64,000 nt of DNA from Thermoanaerobaculia bacterium. Its GTDB lineage: Bacteria; Acidobacteriota; Thermoanaerobaculia; UBA5066. The translations under genes and the position numbers were made by a program. Below, piece by piece: positions 26,546 through 34,889 of this stretch. Below the pieces are notes generated by a model. That model ran no database searches. It was given only the letters and a program-made list of their open reading frames with translations, and had not been told where the DNA came from. The stretch lies in the NCBI GenBank assembly GCA_038245905.1, contig JBBRRY010000016.1:4955-68954 (forward strand), in the 5' to 3' direction. Position 1 is the stretch's first letter, and every line of letters begins with the position of its first letter.

Positions 26546-27043
26546 ATGAAAACAACAGTAGACGAAACTGAGCCAATCGTAGAAAAACATGCGAACCGGG
26601 ATCCCATCACCGGCCAGCCAGGGTCCCATCCTGTAGGCACGGGCATCGGTTCAGCAAGCGCGGCGGCTGCCGGAGCCGCCGTTGGCGCAGCGGTCGGCGG
26701 ACCGGTCGGCGCCGTCGTCGGCGCCGTCGCCGGAGCGGTTGCTGGCGGCGCGGCCGGCCACGCCGCGGGAGAGAAGCTGGATCCGACGGTCGAGACCGCA
26801 TATTGGCGGAAGAACTACGGGACGCGTCCCTATTACCGGGAAGACCGCAAGTTCGAGGACCTCGAACCGGCTTATCGATATGGATGGGAGCAGGCGAGCT
26901 CCGCACAGGCCGGAAAGCGTTTCGACGACGTCGAGCGCGAGCTCGAGCGTACGTGGCCGATTGCTCGCGGAAGAAGCACCGCCGAGTGGAGAGACGTCCG
27001 TGACGCCACGCGCGACTCCTGGATTCGGGTGCGCGGAAGCTGA
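26546..27043 (+). CDS. Glycine-zipper stress-associated protein
   Basis: RBS aggaagga is present. The sequence has a Gly/Ala zipper GAAVGAAVGGPVGAVVGAVAGAVAGGAAG followed by an aromatic-rich C-terminus (AYWRKNY...PYY...YRYGW). No named family was confidently assigned. Confidence 0.6.
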   Translation: MKTTVDETEPIVEKHANRDPITGQPGSHPVGTGIGSASAAAAGAAVGAAVGGPVGAVVGAVAGAVAGGAAGHAAGEKLDPTVETAYWRKNYGTRPYYREDRKFEDLEPAYRYGWEQASSAQAGKRFDDVERELERTWPIARGRSTAEWRDVRDATRDSWIRVRGS

Positions 27044-27053
27044 ATGATCGTGA

Positions 27054-27077
27054 GAAGGGGGCCGCCCGGCCCCCTTC
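27054..27077. terminator. GC hairpin (gaagggggccg / cggcccccttc) between convergent genes, followed by gttctcc
   Basis: Read directly from the sequence, 10 nt after the TGA at 27041-27043. Confidence 0.5.
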
Positions 27078-27161
27078 GTTCTCCTGACCGGCAGACGTCG
27101 CGAACGACGGCACATCTCACCGTCGCCCGCCCGTACCCCGGTGACCGATGGAGGCGACGCC

Positions 27162-27593
27162 TCATCCGCCGAGCTTCCGTGCCGAACGGCGGCCGGCTTC
27201 CTCGATCGAATGGGACTTCGTCAGGGATTCTTCCTTTCGGGTCAGGTCCGAAAGCTGCCTGTAATGCTTATGGAGGAGTTCGAGCTCGGCTTCCGTCAAC
27301 CCTTCGGCGTCGATGAGCCTGTTGCTCGCCCCCTCGAGCGCCGCCACGAGCTCGTTGAGCTTGAGGTGCAGGGCGAGTGAATCCTTGTTCTGGCTCCGCT
27401 GAATGAGGAAAACCATGAGGAACGTGACAATCGTCGTCCCGGTGTTGATGACGAGCTGCCATGTGTCCGAGAAGCGGAAGATCGGGCCCAGGGCCGCCCA
27501 GACCACGATCACGAGGGCGGCGATCGCGAACGCCGGGGAGGATCCCGCCGCGGCGGTCGCGTGCCGCGAGACCCTCTCGAGGACGTTTGGAAC
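27162..27593 (-). CDS. Low-affinity iron permease-family (PF04120-like) membrane protein
   Basis: AFAIAALVIVVWAALGPIFRFSDTWQLVINTGTTIVTFLMVFLIQRSQNKDSLALHLKLNELVAALEG matches the conserved FSDTWQLVINTxTTIxTFLMVFLIQ core of this family. The start is a non-ATG codon near 27584-27608, and the ORF-track N-terminus overlaps the upstream gene. Confidence 0.7.
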   Translation of the reverse strand, partial: VPNVLERVSRHATAAAGSSPAFAIAALVIVVWAALGPIFRFSDTWQLVINTGTTIVTFLMVFLIQRSQNKDSLALHLKLNELVAALEGASNRLIDAEGLTEAELELLHKHYRQLSDLTRKEESLTKSHSIEEAGRRSARKLGG

Positions 27594-27631
27594 CCGGCGC
27601 GCGTCGAGAGTCTTCTGGCCTTTGCGTGCGC

Positions 27632-29353
27632 TCAATTGCGGCCTTTCGTTTCCTGTCGCGTCGGGTCCGTCGTATTCTTCATGGAGATCCCCTTTCTCTC
27701 TGCTTCGCGGAAAGGGGGCGGCGGCTTTCCCTTCGTCTTCTTTCCGCCGAGCTCGCGATCGAAGCCGGGCAGGATCGAACGGAAGAAGGCGTTCTCGACT
27801 AGCTTCAGCGCGATCTGCCATCCGCTCGTGCGGGGACCGTCGATGCGGCCGGAGACGTTCGCGACCGTCGCCACCTCTTTCCGCTCGTGGTTCTTGAGGA
27901 GTCCCGCGACGCCGCCAACGAGCATCTCGTAGGCCTGGCGGAACAACGTCTTGTCCCGGTCCTGCCGCCGGTCATAGACCTTCATTCCCTTGAACAGCGG
28001 CTTGACGTAGCCCTCGAGATTGCCGTCCCGGGCTTTCAGCTCGGTATAGAACGAGAACTCTCCCGCGACAACGTCGAACTTACCGTACGCCCGGAGGAGA
28101 TCGTTCATGCGCGTCATGTCCGTGGCCTCGATCCGGAGATTCAGGTCGAAGTCGGGGCTGGCAGCACCCTCCCGAAACGAGCCGGTGAGCCGGGTGTCTC
28201 CGCTTCCGAGAAACCGCCCGCGCAGGTCGAAATGGGCCCTCGTTCCGGAGGCGTGATTTCCGAGGTCCGAGATCGAGCCGTCGAGCTTGGAAAGGTAGGC
28301 GCGATACGCCGGATCCTTCGTGCGATTCACGAATCCGATCTCGCTCCCCGCGATCACCGCCTTGTCGAGCACGAGCGTCCATTCCGGATTCGACGGAGGC
28401 CGCTTCTTCCCCTTCGCGACCGCCTTAGCGCTCGGGCGCTCGGACGGCGCAACCGGTTCCGCGGAAGCCTTCTTCGCCAGGACATAGTCCAGTCTGACGC
28501 CCGAGAGCGTGAGCGCCGAGAGCCGTGCGTTGCGCACGGACGGGGACGTTTCCATCTCGCCGCCGGCGGCGAGAACCCCGCCCTTGAGGACGAACGCCGT
28601 GTGCGTGAGGACGGGAAGGGAGAGCGCGTCGAGAGGAACCGCGTCGAGGCGGAAGAGGGCGTGAAAGCCGGGGTACGGCTCGGCCAGAAAGTCGGCGTGC
28701 CCGTCGAGAACGCCGCGGCCCGATCCGAAGAGCGTCGCCTCGGCGTGGATGGGCGACGGATAGACCTGGGGCTTCGACTGGACGTTTCGGATGTCGCTCG
28801 CGTGAATCCGGAGCGCGGTCATGCGGATGGGGTGCGCCGGGTCCGCATCGACGTAGGTGATCGTCCCGTCCTCGACGCGAAAGACATCGATCTTGAGCGG
28901 CGTGACCTCCTGCAAGGCCTCCTGCCAGCCACGCTCGTTCACGGGTACGCCGTCCTTCACCTCCTGCCGCAGCTGCACGAGGTTGACGTCGACCCGAGGC
29001 CGCTCCAGGAGGACGTCACCGACGAGATGGCCCGAGAACAGGGCGCGCCAATGAACACTCGTCATCAGGCGGTCGACGAGAAGCACCGGGGGCTCCGGGT
29101 GAGCCTTCTGCCTTACGACGAGCCCCTCGAGGGTCATCGAAAGGGAGAAGAGCCGGAAATGCAGCTTCGGCAAGCGCACCTCGTATCCCTCCAGCCTCTC
29201 GTTCATGCGGCGCTCGATACTGCGCCGCAAGGGCTCGTCGACGAAAAAGGACGCGACGACGATCAGCAAAGTCAGGGCAAGCCAGATCCCGGAGACCCAC
29301 GTCGCGAGGACGGCGGCGCGCCTTTTCTTCGAGCCCGTCACGCCTGGCGTCAA
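27632..29353 (-). CDS. DUF748/AsmA-like membrane-anchored protein
   Basis: An N-terminal TM anchor (AAVLATWVSGIWLALTLLIVVASFF) is followed by a long beta-rich periplasmic domain, a pattern I recognise as DUF748/AsmA-like. It overlaps the downstream AI-2E fragment by 4 nt. Confidence 0.55.
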   Translation of the reverse strand: MTPGVTGSKKRRAAVLATWVSGIWLALTLLIVVASFFVDEPLRRSIERRMNERLEGYEVRLPKLHFRLFSLSMTLEGLVVRQKAHPEPPVLLVDRLMTSVHWRALFSGHLVGDVLLERPRVDVNLVQLRQEVKDGVPVNERGWQEALQEVTPLKIDVFRVEDGTITYVDADPAHPIRMTALRIHASDIRNVQSKPQVYPSPIHAEATLFGSGRGVLDGHADFLAEPYPGFHALFRLDAVPLDALSLPVLTHTAFVLKGGVLAAGGEMETSPSVRNARLSALTLSGVRLDYVLAKKASAEPVAPSERPSAKAVAKGKKRPPSNPEWTLVLDKAVIAGSEIGFVNRTKDPAYRAYLSKLDGSISDLGNHASGTRAHFDLRGRFLGSGDTRLTGSFREGAASPDFDLNLRIEATDMTRMNDLLRAYGKFDVVAGEFSFYTELKARDGNLEGYVKPLFKGMKVYDRRQDRDKTLFRQAYEMLVGGVAGLLKNHERKEVATVANVSGRIDGPRTSGWQIALKLVENAFFRSILPGFDRELGGKKTKGKPPPPFREAERKGISMKNTTDPTRQETKGRN

Positions 29354-29787
29354 GCCGCTGCCGCGGGCTTCTCGCCCTTCATGACGGCGTCGACAGCCGC
29401 CTCCTGCCCTTCCGCGTTCTCGCTCGTCGCGGCCCTAAGGGACGCGTGGTCCTCGACGGCATCGGGATGGAGGTAGTCGTCGAGCCAGTGCTTCTCGACG
29501 ACGGGATACGCCGCGACGAGAGGCAGGGCGAGGATCGCCCCGACGACGCCGTCCAGCATGCCTCCCACCACGATCGCGAGGAGGACCGTGAGCGTGGAAA
29601 TGCGGAGGCGGTTTCCGTAGAGCTTGGGCGTCAAAAGATACGCCTCGAAGAGGTGATAGACGAGGTAGAGGCCCAAAACGATCAGCGCTGTGGACGAGCT
29701 GACCGTGAGCAAGACCAGCGCCGCCGCCGCCATGGCGATGAAGATGCCGGCGACGGGCACGGCGTCGCAGACCCCCGCGACGCTCAA
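29350..29787 (-). pseudogene. C-terminal fragment (about 145 aa) of an AI-2E-family (PerM/YdiK-like) transporter; the N-terminal two-thirds are missing
   Basis: ALIVLGLYLVYHLFEAYLLTPKLYGNRLRISTLTVLLAIVVGGMLDGVVGAILALPLVAAY matches the last three TM helices of AI-2E transporters (the ...QQLEGNxLxPKxxGxxxxLHP... block). Full-length members are about 340 aa, and the bacterioferritin-like gene abuts the 5' side with only a 1-nt gap (29788). Confidence 0.55.
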
Positions 29788-29788
29788 A

Positions 29789-30391
29789 TCAGGCCTTCTT
29801 CTCTCCGTTGAGCGACTTCAGCAGATCCGACATGTCGTCGGCGTGCTCTTCTTCTTCGCCCAGGATCCACTCGAAAAGCCGGCGCGTCGTGGAGTCGTCC
29901 TTGCCCACGTAGTCGATCATTTCCTTGTACGACTCGATCGCGATCCGCTCGGCCACGAGATCCTCGCGGATCATGTCAACGAGCGTCTCTCCCTCTTGAT
30001 ATTCCGTGTGACTCTTCGAGAGGAGCCCGGCCGGATTGAGGTCGGGCTCGCCCCCGAGCTGCCGGATCCGCTCGCAGATGCGGTCCGCGTGGACCTGCTC
30101 CTCGTTCGCGTGCTCGAGGAACTCCTGCTTGACGGGCTCGGCGTGAATGCCCTCCGCCATGAAGTAATGCCGCTTGTACCGAAGGACGCACACGATTTCG
30201 GTCGCGAGGGCGACGTTGAGCAGGCGCGTCACCTTCTGGGCGTCGGCGCGATAGCTCGGCGTGACGGCCCCTTCCTCGATCTCCTTGCGCGCGCGCTTGC
30301 GCAGCTCCTTGACGTCGCTCAGGAAGGGATGACGAGACGACGCATCTTTCTTTTTCCCTGAACCGCCAGCATGAGTCTTCATCGCGCTCAC
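29789..30391 (-). CDS. Bacterioferritin-like (ferritin-like di-iron) protein with an N-terminal extension of about 45 aa
   Basis: LNVALATEIVCVLRYKRHYFMAEGIHAEPVKQEFLEHANEEQVHADRICERI aligns with Bfr helices A-B, and ...EDLVAERIAIESYKEMIDYV...EWILGEEEEHADDM with helices C-D. The Glu/His di-iron ligand positions are conserved. The haem-ligand Met position appears to be Gln. Confidence 0.75.
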   Translation of the reverse strand: MSAMKTHAGGSGKKKDASSRHPFLSDVKELRKRARKEIEEGAVTPSYRADAQKVTRLLNVALATEIVCVLRYKRHYFMAEGIHAEPVKQEFLEHANEEQVHADRICERIRQLGGEPDLNPAGLLSKSHTEYQEGETLVDMIREDLVAERIAIESYKEMIDYVGKDDSTTRRLFEWILGEEEEHADDMSDLLKSLNGEKKA

Positions 30392-30702
30392 GATTCCCGC
30401 GTCACGAGGTGTCCTACGAGAAGCCCGACCCCGAAAGCGGCTATGGCTACGAGAGCGGTGTTGTCGTCCGCGTATGTCGTGACGCGCTCAGCGGCCTTTC
30501 CGGCCTTCTTGCGCGCGGACTCCACGTAGTCGCGGGCGCGATCGGCGACACCCTGTGCGTCGACTCCGAGTCCCTCGGCCGCCTCTTTGCCGCGCGAGAC
30601 GACGTCGTCGAAATTCTTTTTCACTTCGCTCCCGAGCTTCTGGGCTTCGCGAGCGGTCTTCCTTGCCTGTTCCTCGACGGCGGGGCTGTACATGTTTTCC
30701 AT
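30388..30702 (-). CDS. ElaB/YqjD/DUF883-family membrane-anchored stress protein (paralog 2)
   Basis: The C-terminus ERVTTYADDNTALVAIAAFGVGLLVGHLVTRES has the same tail-anchor motif as the 26192 paralog. Confidence 0.75.
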   Translation of the reverse strand: MENMYSPAVEEQARKTAREAQKLGSEVKKNFDDVVSRGKEAAEGLGVDAQGVADRARDYVESARKKAGKAAERVTTYADDNTALVAIAAFGVGLLVGHLVTRES

Positions 30703-30757
30703 TTCCGGGCCTCCGGTTCCTTGACGTGCAACGCACGTGCCAAAAGAGTCACCTCAA

Positions 30758-32254
30758 TCACCTCGTCGGATCCGGCTCCCCGACGTCGCGAGGCTGATCC
30801 GTCCTCAGCCCTCCGGGACGGCCCTCCTTCTCGAACCAGGCCATGGCCCCGAGGATGTGGAACGCGGCCCCGCTCGACCCGAGGCCGACCCCGACGGACA
30901 GGCGGCCCTTCCGGATCAGAAGCGCCCCCCAAGTGCGTCGACGCGTTTCGCGGTAGTCACCTTCGAGGAGAAACGTGCCCGCCTCCAGGCTCGCCTTCGA
31001 GATCGTCAGGCGGCCCGGGGTGCGCACGACGTGGCCCTCCGCTCCGAAGTCGCGCAGGTCGAGGAACCCAGCCAGCCATTTCGGCGGGCCCGTCGGAAGG
31101 AAAGCCACGAGTGGACGGCCATCCCGGAGGCGAGCGGCGACTCGCGCGTCCAGTGCACCGTCGGCGAGCCTGAGACGCGCTTCCGGAGTCGTGAACGTTC
31201 CCTCCCAGGCCTCTCCCGCCGCGCCATCCAGCGAAAGATGCGAAAGCGCGAGGCTTGTCCCGCCGAGTGCGACCGTTCCTGCGTGGAAGTCGATCGGCCG
31301 CGCCCTCAGAGCAGCGCGCGCGGAGCCGCGGAAGACCCGCTTCCCGGCCTTCACGAGGAGCCCCCGCGCGTCGGCGTCGACACGCGCGCCCCCGCGCCCG
31401 CCGTCAAGCACGACGCCGATCCTCACGGACCCGATCCCGCCTGCGACCCGGGCTCCGTCGCCGTCGGAGGAAAGGAAGTCGAGGCCCTGGAGAGTGCCGT
31501 GAAGGTCGGTCATCCCGGACATGATCTTCCACACCTCGTTGCCGGGATAATCCTGCGTCTCGAAACGCGGCAGCGCGGCGCGGATGGCGCCCAGGGTTCC
31601 GCGAGAGACCTCGCCTTCACCGAATTGGAGGGTCCCGCCGGTGACCGAGAGCTCGGCAGGAAAGACCTCGGCATGGCGGCCCGGGAGTAGATCGAGCCCT
31701 CCTCCGAGGCGCGCCGCTCCTGTCCAATGCCAGGAGTCGATCCAGATCTCCCTGACAAGGCGCACGTCGAGCTCGTCCATCACGATCCGCCATGGGTTTC
31801 CCGCGACCGCGGGCGCCGGCGGATCGCGAAGCGGCGGATCGGCGAACCCCACGATGGCGGGATAGCGCGCGAGCCGGGCGGGCGTCGCCTCGAGACGCTC
31901 GAGTCGCTCGCGGAGCCGGAACGAGAGGACCCCCGCGCGCACCGAACTCGCCCGGAAACGGCGCCTCAAGAGATCAGAGAGGCACACGCGAACCGTCACG
32001 CCTTCGAGCCGGGCCTCCCACTCGATGTTCGAATCCCGGCTTCGAAGGAGAAGCATGTCGAATCGGAGGCTCCCGGGCAGGAGCGATCGCGCGCCGGTGT
32101 ATGTGACGAAGAGCGCCTCCGGGTCCGAGTTGATCTGCCCGGAAAGCCAGTCCGACCGCAGCGCGAGATTGGTCGCTCCGACGACGAGAACAAGGCACAC
32201 GCAAGCGGCCACGGCGAGCCCAAGCACGACCTGTCGCGGGCCCGGGCGCGTCAT
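30758..32254 (-). CDS. Membrane-anchored hypothetical protein (498 aa), first gene of the minus-strand stress operon
   Basis: An N-terminal TM segment (VVLGLAVAACVCLVLVVGA) is followed by a long soluble domain with no recognised motif. Confidence 0.5.
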   Translation of the reverse strand: MTRPGPRQVVLGLAVAACVCLVLVVGATNLALRSDWLSGQINSDPEALFVTYTGARSLLPGSLRFDMLLLRSRDSNIEWEARLEGVTVRVCLSDLLRRRFRASSVRAGVLSFRLRERLERLEATPARLARYPAIVGFADPPLRDPPAPAVAGNPWRIVMDELDVRLVREIWIDSWHWTGAARLGGGLDLLPGRHAEVFPAELSVTGGTLQFGEGEVSRGTLGAIRAALPRFETQDYPGNEVWKIMSGMTDLHGTLQGLDFLSSDGDGARVAGGIGSVRIGVVLDGGRGGARVDADARGLLVKAGKRVFRGSARAALRARPIDFHAGTVALGGTSLALSHLSLDGAAGEAWEGTFTTPEARLRLADGALDARVAARLRDGRPLVAFLPTGPPKWLAGFLDLRDFGAEGHVVRTPGRLTISKASLEAGTFLLEGDYRETRRRTWGALLIRKGRLSVGVGLGSSGAAFHILGAMAWFEKEGRPGGLRTDQPRDVGEPDPTR

Positions 32255-32306
32255 TGGCGCCGCCGAACCTCAGCGTACGGGGTTGACGGTGAGAGTCCTT
32301 GCCACG

Positions 32307-32924
32307 TCACGCGTGAATGGTCGCCGGGACCGGGGTTGCGGCCATCTCGAAACGGCGAGCCGCGACTTCCCAGTCCGATGCGGCGAGGAACGCGTCGATA
32401 TACTCTCCGCGCTTCGTGCCGTAGTCGGCCATGTAGGCGTGCTCGAAGGCGTCCATCAGGAGAAGCACCGGACATCCCGCGAGGTGGCCACGATCGTGTT
32501 CGTCGACCCAGACGTTGAAGAGGCGGCTGGCTTCCACGTCCCAGACGAGCGCGGCCCAACCGATCCCCCGCAGGCTTCCAGTCGCCCGGAACTCCTTCTC
32601 CCAGGCCTCGTGCGAACCGAAGTCCCGCGCCACCTGCGCCCCGAGACCGGTAGTCTTTTCCAGATTCGCCCTTTTCTTTGTCAGATTTCCAAAGTAGACC
32701 TCGTGAAGGCGCATGCCATTCCATTCCCAGCCGAAGCGGCGCTTGAGCTCGGACCAGGCCGGTGTGGGCGGCTTCACGGGGGACGCGGCCCCCAGCTCGT
32801 CATGGAGAGCGTTCGCGTTCTTGACGTAGCCGCCATAGAGCTCGAAATGCTGCTTCAGGAGCGAATCACTGAAGCCGGGAGTCCCGAGCAGCCGGGTGAA
32901 GTCCTTTGCCGAGTAGAGAGCCAT
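32307..32924 (-). CDS. Divergent Fe/Mn superoxide dismutase-family protein
   Basis: SodA/B-like blocks are present: GIGWAALVWD (WGSGWAWL region) and LLLMDAFEHAYMADYG (DVWEHAYYL region, metal ligands D and H present). The N-terminal HHxKHH metal-ligand block is replaced by QHFELYGGY. The start is ATG at 32922-32924. Confidence 0.65.
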   Translation of the reverse strand: MALYSAKDFTRLLGTPGFSDSLLKQHFELYGGYVKNANALHDELGAASPVKPPTPAWSELKRRFGWEWNGMRLHEVYFGNLTKKRANLEKTTGLGAQVARDFGSHEAWEKEFRATGSLRGIGWAALVWDVEASRLFNVWVDEHDRGHLAGCPVLLLMDAFEHAYMADYGTKRGEYIDAFLAASDWEVAARRFEMAATPVPATIHA

Positions 32925-33023
32925 CGTCGTCCTCCTGAGGGCTGCACAGCATGAAATGGGCCAGTGCACGCGTCCTGGCGGTTGCGGCATGGCTGTTGCT
33001 CAAGGCTGGCCAGGAGGAAGATC

Positions 33024-33173
33024 ATGCTTTGGACCATCTTCGTGATCCTGCTCGTACTCTGGCTTCTTGGAATGGTGACGTCCTACACGATGGGAGGGTT
33101 CATTCACGTCCTCCTCGTGATCGCGATCGTCGTCGTCCTCATCCAGGTCATTTCGGGCCGCAGAGTCGTGTGA
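33024..33173 (+). CDS. lmo0937-family small membrane protein (49 aa)
   Basis: The ATG at 33024 has aggagg 7 nt upstream. MLWTIFVILLVLWLLGMVTSYTMGGFIHVLLVIAIVVVLIQVISGRRVV follows the family pattern. Confidence 0.7.
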   Translation: MLWTIFVILLVLWLLGMVTSYTMGGFIHVLLVIAIVVVLIQVISGRRVV

Positions 33174-33181
33174 TCGGACGG

Positions 33182-33270
33182 ACGAAGGGACACCTCCGGC
33201 CGCCCCGCAGGACGGCACGGGGTGTCCCTTCGTCCATCAGCCGGCCGCGCCCTCTCGGCCGCGCGGCCGG
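33182..33270. terminator. Two consecutive hairpins between convergent genes: acgaagggacacc...ggtgtcccttcgt (13-bp stem) and ccggccgcgc...gcgcggccgg (10-bp stem)
   Basis: Read directly from the sequence. Probable bidirectional terminators for the lmo0937-like and lipoprotein genes. Confidence 0.45.
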
Positions 33271-33294
33271 CTCTGCCCCCTCGTGGAGCGGTTC

Positions 33295-33750
33295 TCAGCC
33301 TTCGTTCTTGACCGTCACGCGGCGGGCCTTGTCGTCGCCCGTCTGCTCGGTGAGGCGCACGCGAGACCCGACGGCGACAGTCGCGTCGATCGCGACGACC
33401 GTGTCTTTCGCGTCGAGGGCGACCATGTGCGTCTTCTTTTCCGCGGTCATGACCTCGATCTTCTTGCCGGGCTCGTAGAGCGTGACGGTGCCCACGAACG
33501 TTTCGACCTTGCCCGTGACGGTGCCGGCACCGGTGTCGGTCTTCGTCTCCGACTTCGCCTCGAGCGTATTGCCGGCCTGCTTCGACTCCGTGGTCGTCTT
33601 CACTTCGCCCTGTGCGGTCTGCGTCGTCGATTCGGTCTTGCGTTCGACCGTGCCCGGCTCCGTCTTCGAGCACGCGAAGGCCGAGGCCAGAAACGCCCCG
33701 GCCAGGGCACTCACGAGAAAAGAATACCTGCGATTTTGCATGATGTTCAT
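33295..33750 (-). CDS. Small secreted lipoprotein, Thr/Lys/Glu-rich
   Basis: The ATG at 33748-33750 gives MNIMQNRRYSFLVSALAGAFLASAFAC, a signal peptide with a lipobox (AFAC). The longer ORF-track version upstream is an artefact. Confidence 0.6.
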   Translation of the reverse strand: MNIMQNRRYSFLVSALAGAFLASAFACSKTEPGTVERKTESTTQTAQGEVKTTTESKQAGNTLEAKSETKTDTGAGTVTGKVETFVGTVTLYEPGKKIEVMTAEKKTHMVALDAKDTVVAIDATVAVGSRVRLTEQTGDDKARRVTVKNEG

Positions 33751-33802
33751 GCCTCCCCCCGGACAGGAGCAGGGGCCGTGCCAGCAACTCTTTCGGGCGG
33801 CT

Positions 33803-34801
33803 TCAGGCGGCCACGGGCGCGTTCGCGGCGGTCGGTCTCTGCCCACGCTCGGTGCGGATCGTCCGGCTGAAGAGAGAGAGCCGGCGGTCGAAGATGAACT
33901 GCAGGACGAGGCGCGTCCACGAACGGTGGAAGTGCAAGGCTTCGTAGACCTCCGGGACCGACCGGCGAACCGCCGGAAGCCTGTTCCACGGCACGGACGG
34001 AAAATCATGGTGCTCGTTGTGATAGCCCACGTTGAGCGCCGGGACGTTGAGCGGCCCGTAGTAGCTCGTGGTTTCCTGTCCGTCGAAAACGAGGAAGTGC
34101 TCCTGAATCCAGCGCGCCCCGAGAGGGTGGAGGCCCACCGAAAAAAAGAACGAAACCGCGAGATAAAGGAGCGCCTTGGGCCCCAGAACCGCCCAGACGG
34201 CGACGTCGTACGCGAGCTGCACTCCAATGTTCACGAACACCCACGGGGAGAAAAGCGAAATCTCGCGGAGGCGCGGAGGCCGCGTGACCTGAAAAATCGG
34301 GAAGAACAGGAGCCACAGAGCCTTGCGAATGGCCGAGTGGCCGACGAGACGCGCCTCCCACCGGCTCGGAATGTCGGCATCCAGCTCGTAAACGCCCTGA
34401 TAGGCGTGGTGCTTCAGGTGGTACGTCTGGAAGGAGATCGCGCTCGGCAGGACGTGCGGAAGGTTGGCGGCGATCGCGGCGATTTTGTTCCAGCTCGCTC
34501 TTCGGAACAAGAGGTTGTGGGCGCACTCGTGGATGAGGACCCAAAGGGCGTGATCCAGAAACGCTCCGATCGCGAAGGCCGCGGCGAGGCCGGCCCAGAA
34601 CGGAGCACGCCCGAGGGCGGCGGCAAGCGCGGTCTGCGCCAGGACGATTCCGATCACGAGGAGGACGCTCCATGGGTTTCGGCCCGCGAGCCCGCGAATC
34701 TCCGCGTGGTTTCTGAGGATCTCTCTCGCGCGGAGCGCGTGCGGCTCACGCTGGTCGGAGAAGAGAAAGTCCTCGGGACTCGTATTCAGGGTGCTTTTCA
34801 C
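33803..34801 (-). CDS. Sphingolipid delta4-desaturase (DES1 / dihydroceramide desaturase)-like fatty acid desaturase
   Basis: Three His boxes are present: HECAHN, HLKHH and HNEHH. The N-terminal Lipid_DES-like segment FSDQREPHALRAREILRNHAEIRGLAGRNPWSVLLV resembles the eukaryotic DES1 N-terminus (...TDEPHxxRRKEILxKYPEIKxL...). The probable GTG start at 34799-34801 gives about 332 aa. Confidence 0.75.
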   Translation of the reverse strand: MKSTLNTSPEDFLFSDQREPHALRAREILRNHAEIRGLAGRNPWSVLLVIGIVLAQTALAAALGRAPFWAGLAAAFAIGAFLDHALWVLIHECAHNLLFRRASWNKIAAIAANLPHVLPSAISFQTYHLKHHAYQGVYELDADIPSRWEARLVGHSAIRKALWLLFFPIFQVTRPPRLREISLFSPWVFVNIGVQLAYDVAVWAVLGPKALLYLAVSFFFSVGLHPLGARWIQEHFLVFDGQETTSYYGPLNVPALNVGYHNEHHDFPSVPWNRLPAVRRSVPEVYEALHFHRSWTRLVLQFIFDRRLSLFSRTIRTERGQRPTAANAPVAA

Positions 34802-34889
34802 CAGAATCTCCCCACCAGTATCCACGATCCTCCCGCTGATTGAAAACGATTTCCGAGTCCCGAGTGCCGCGGGCTCGGGAACAGCTCCG

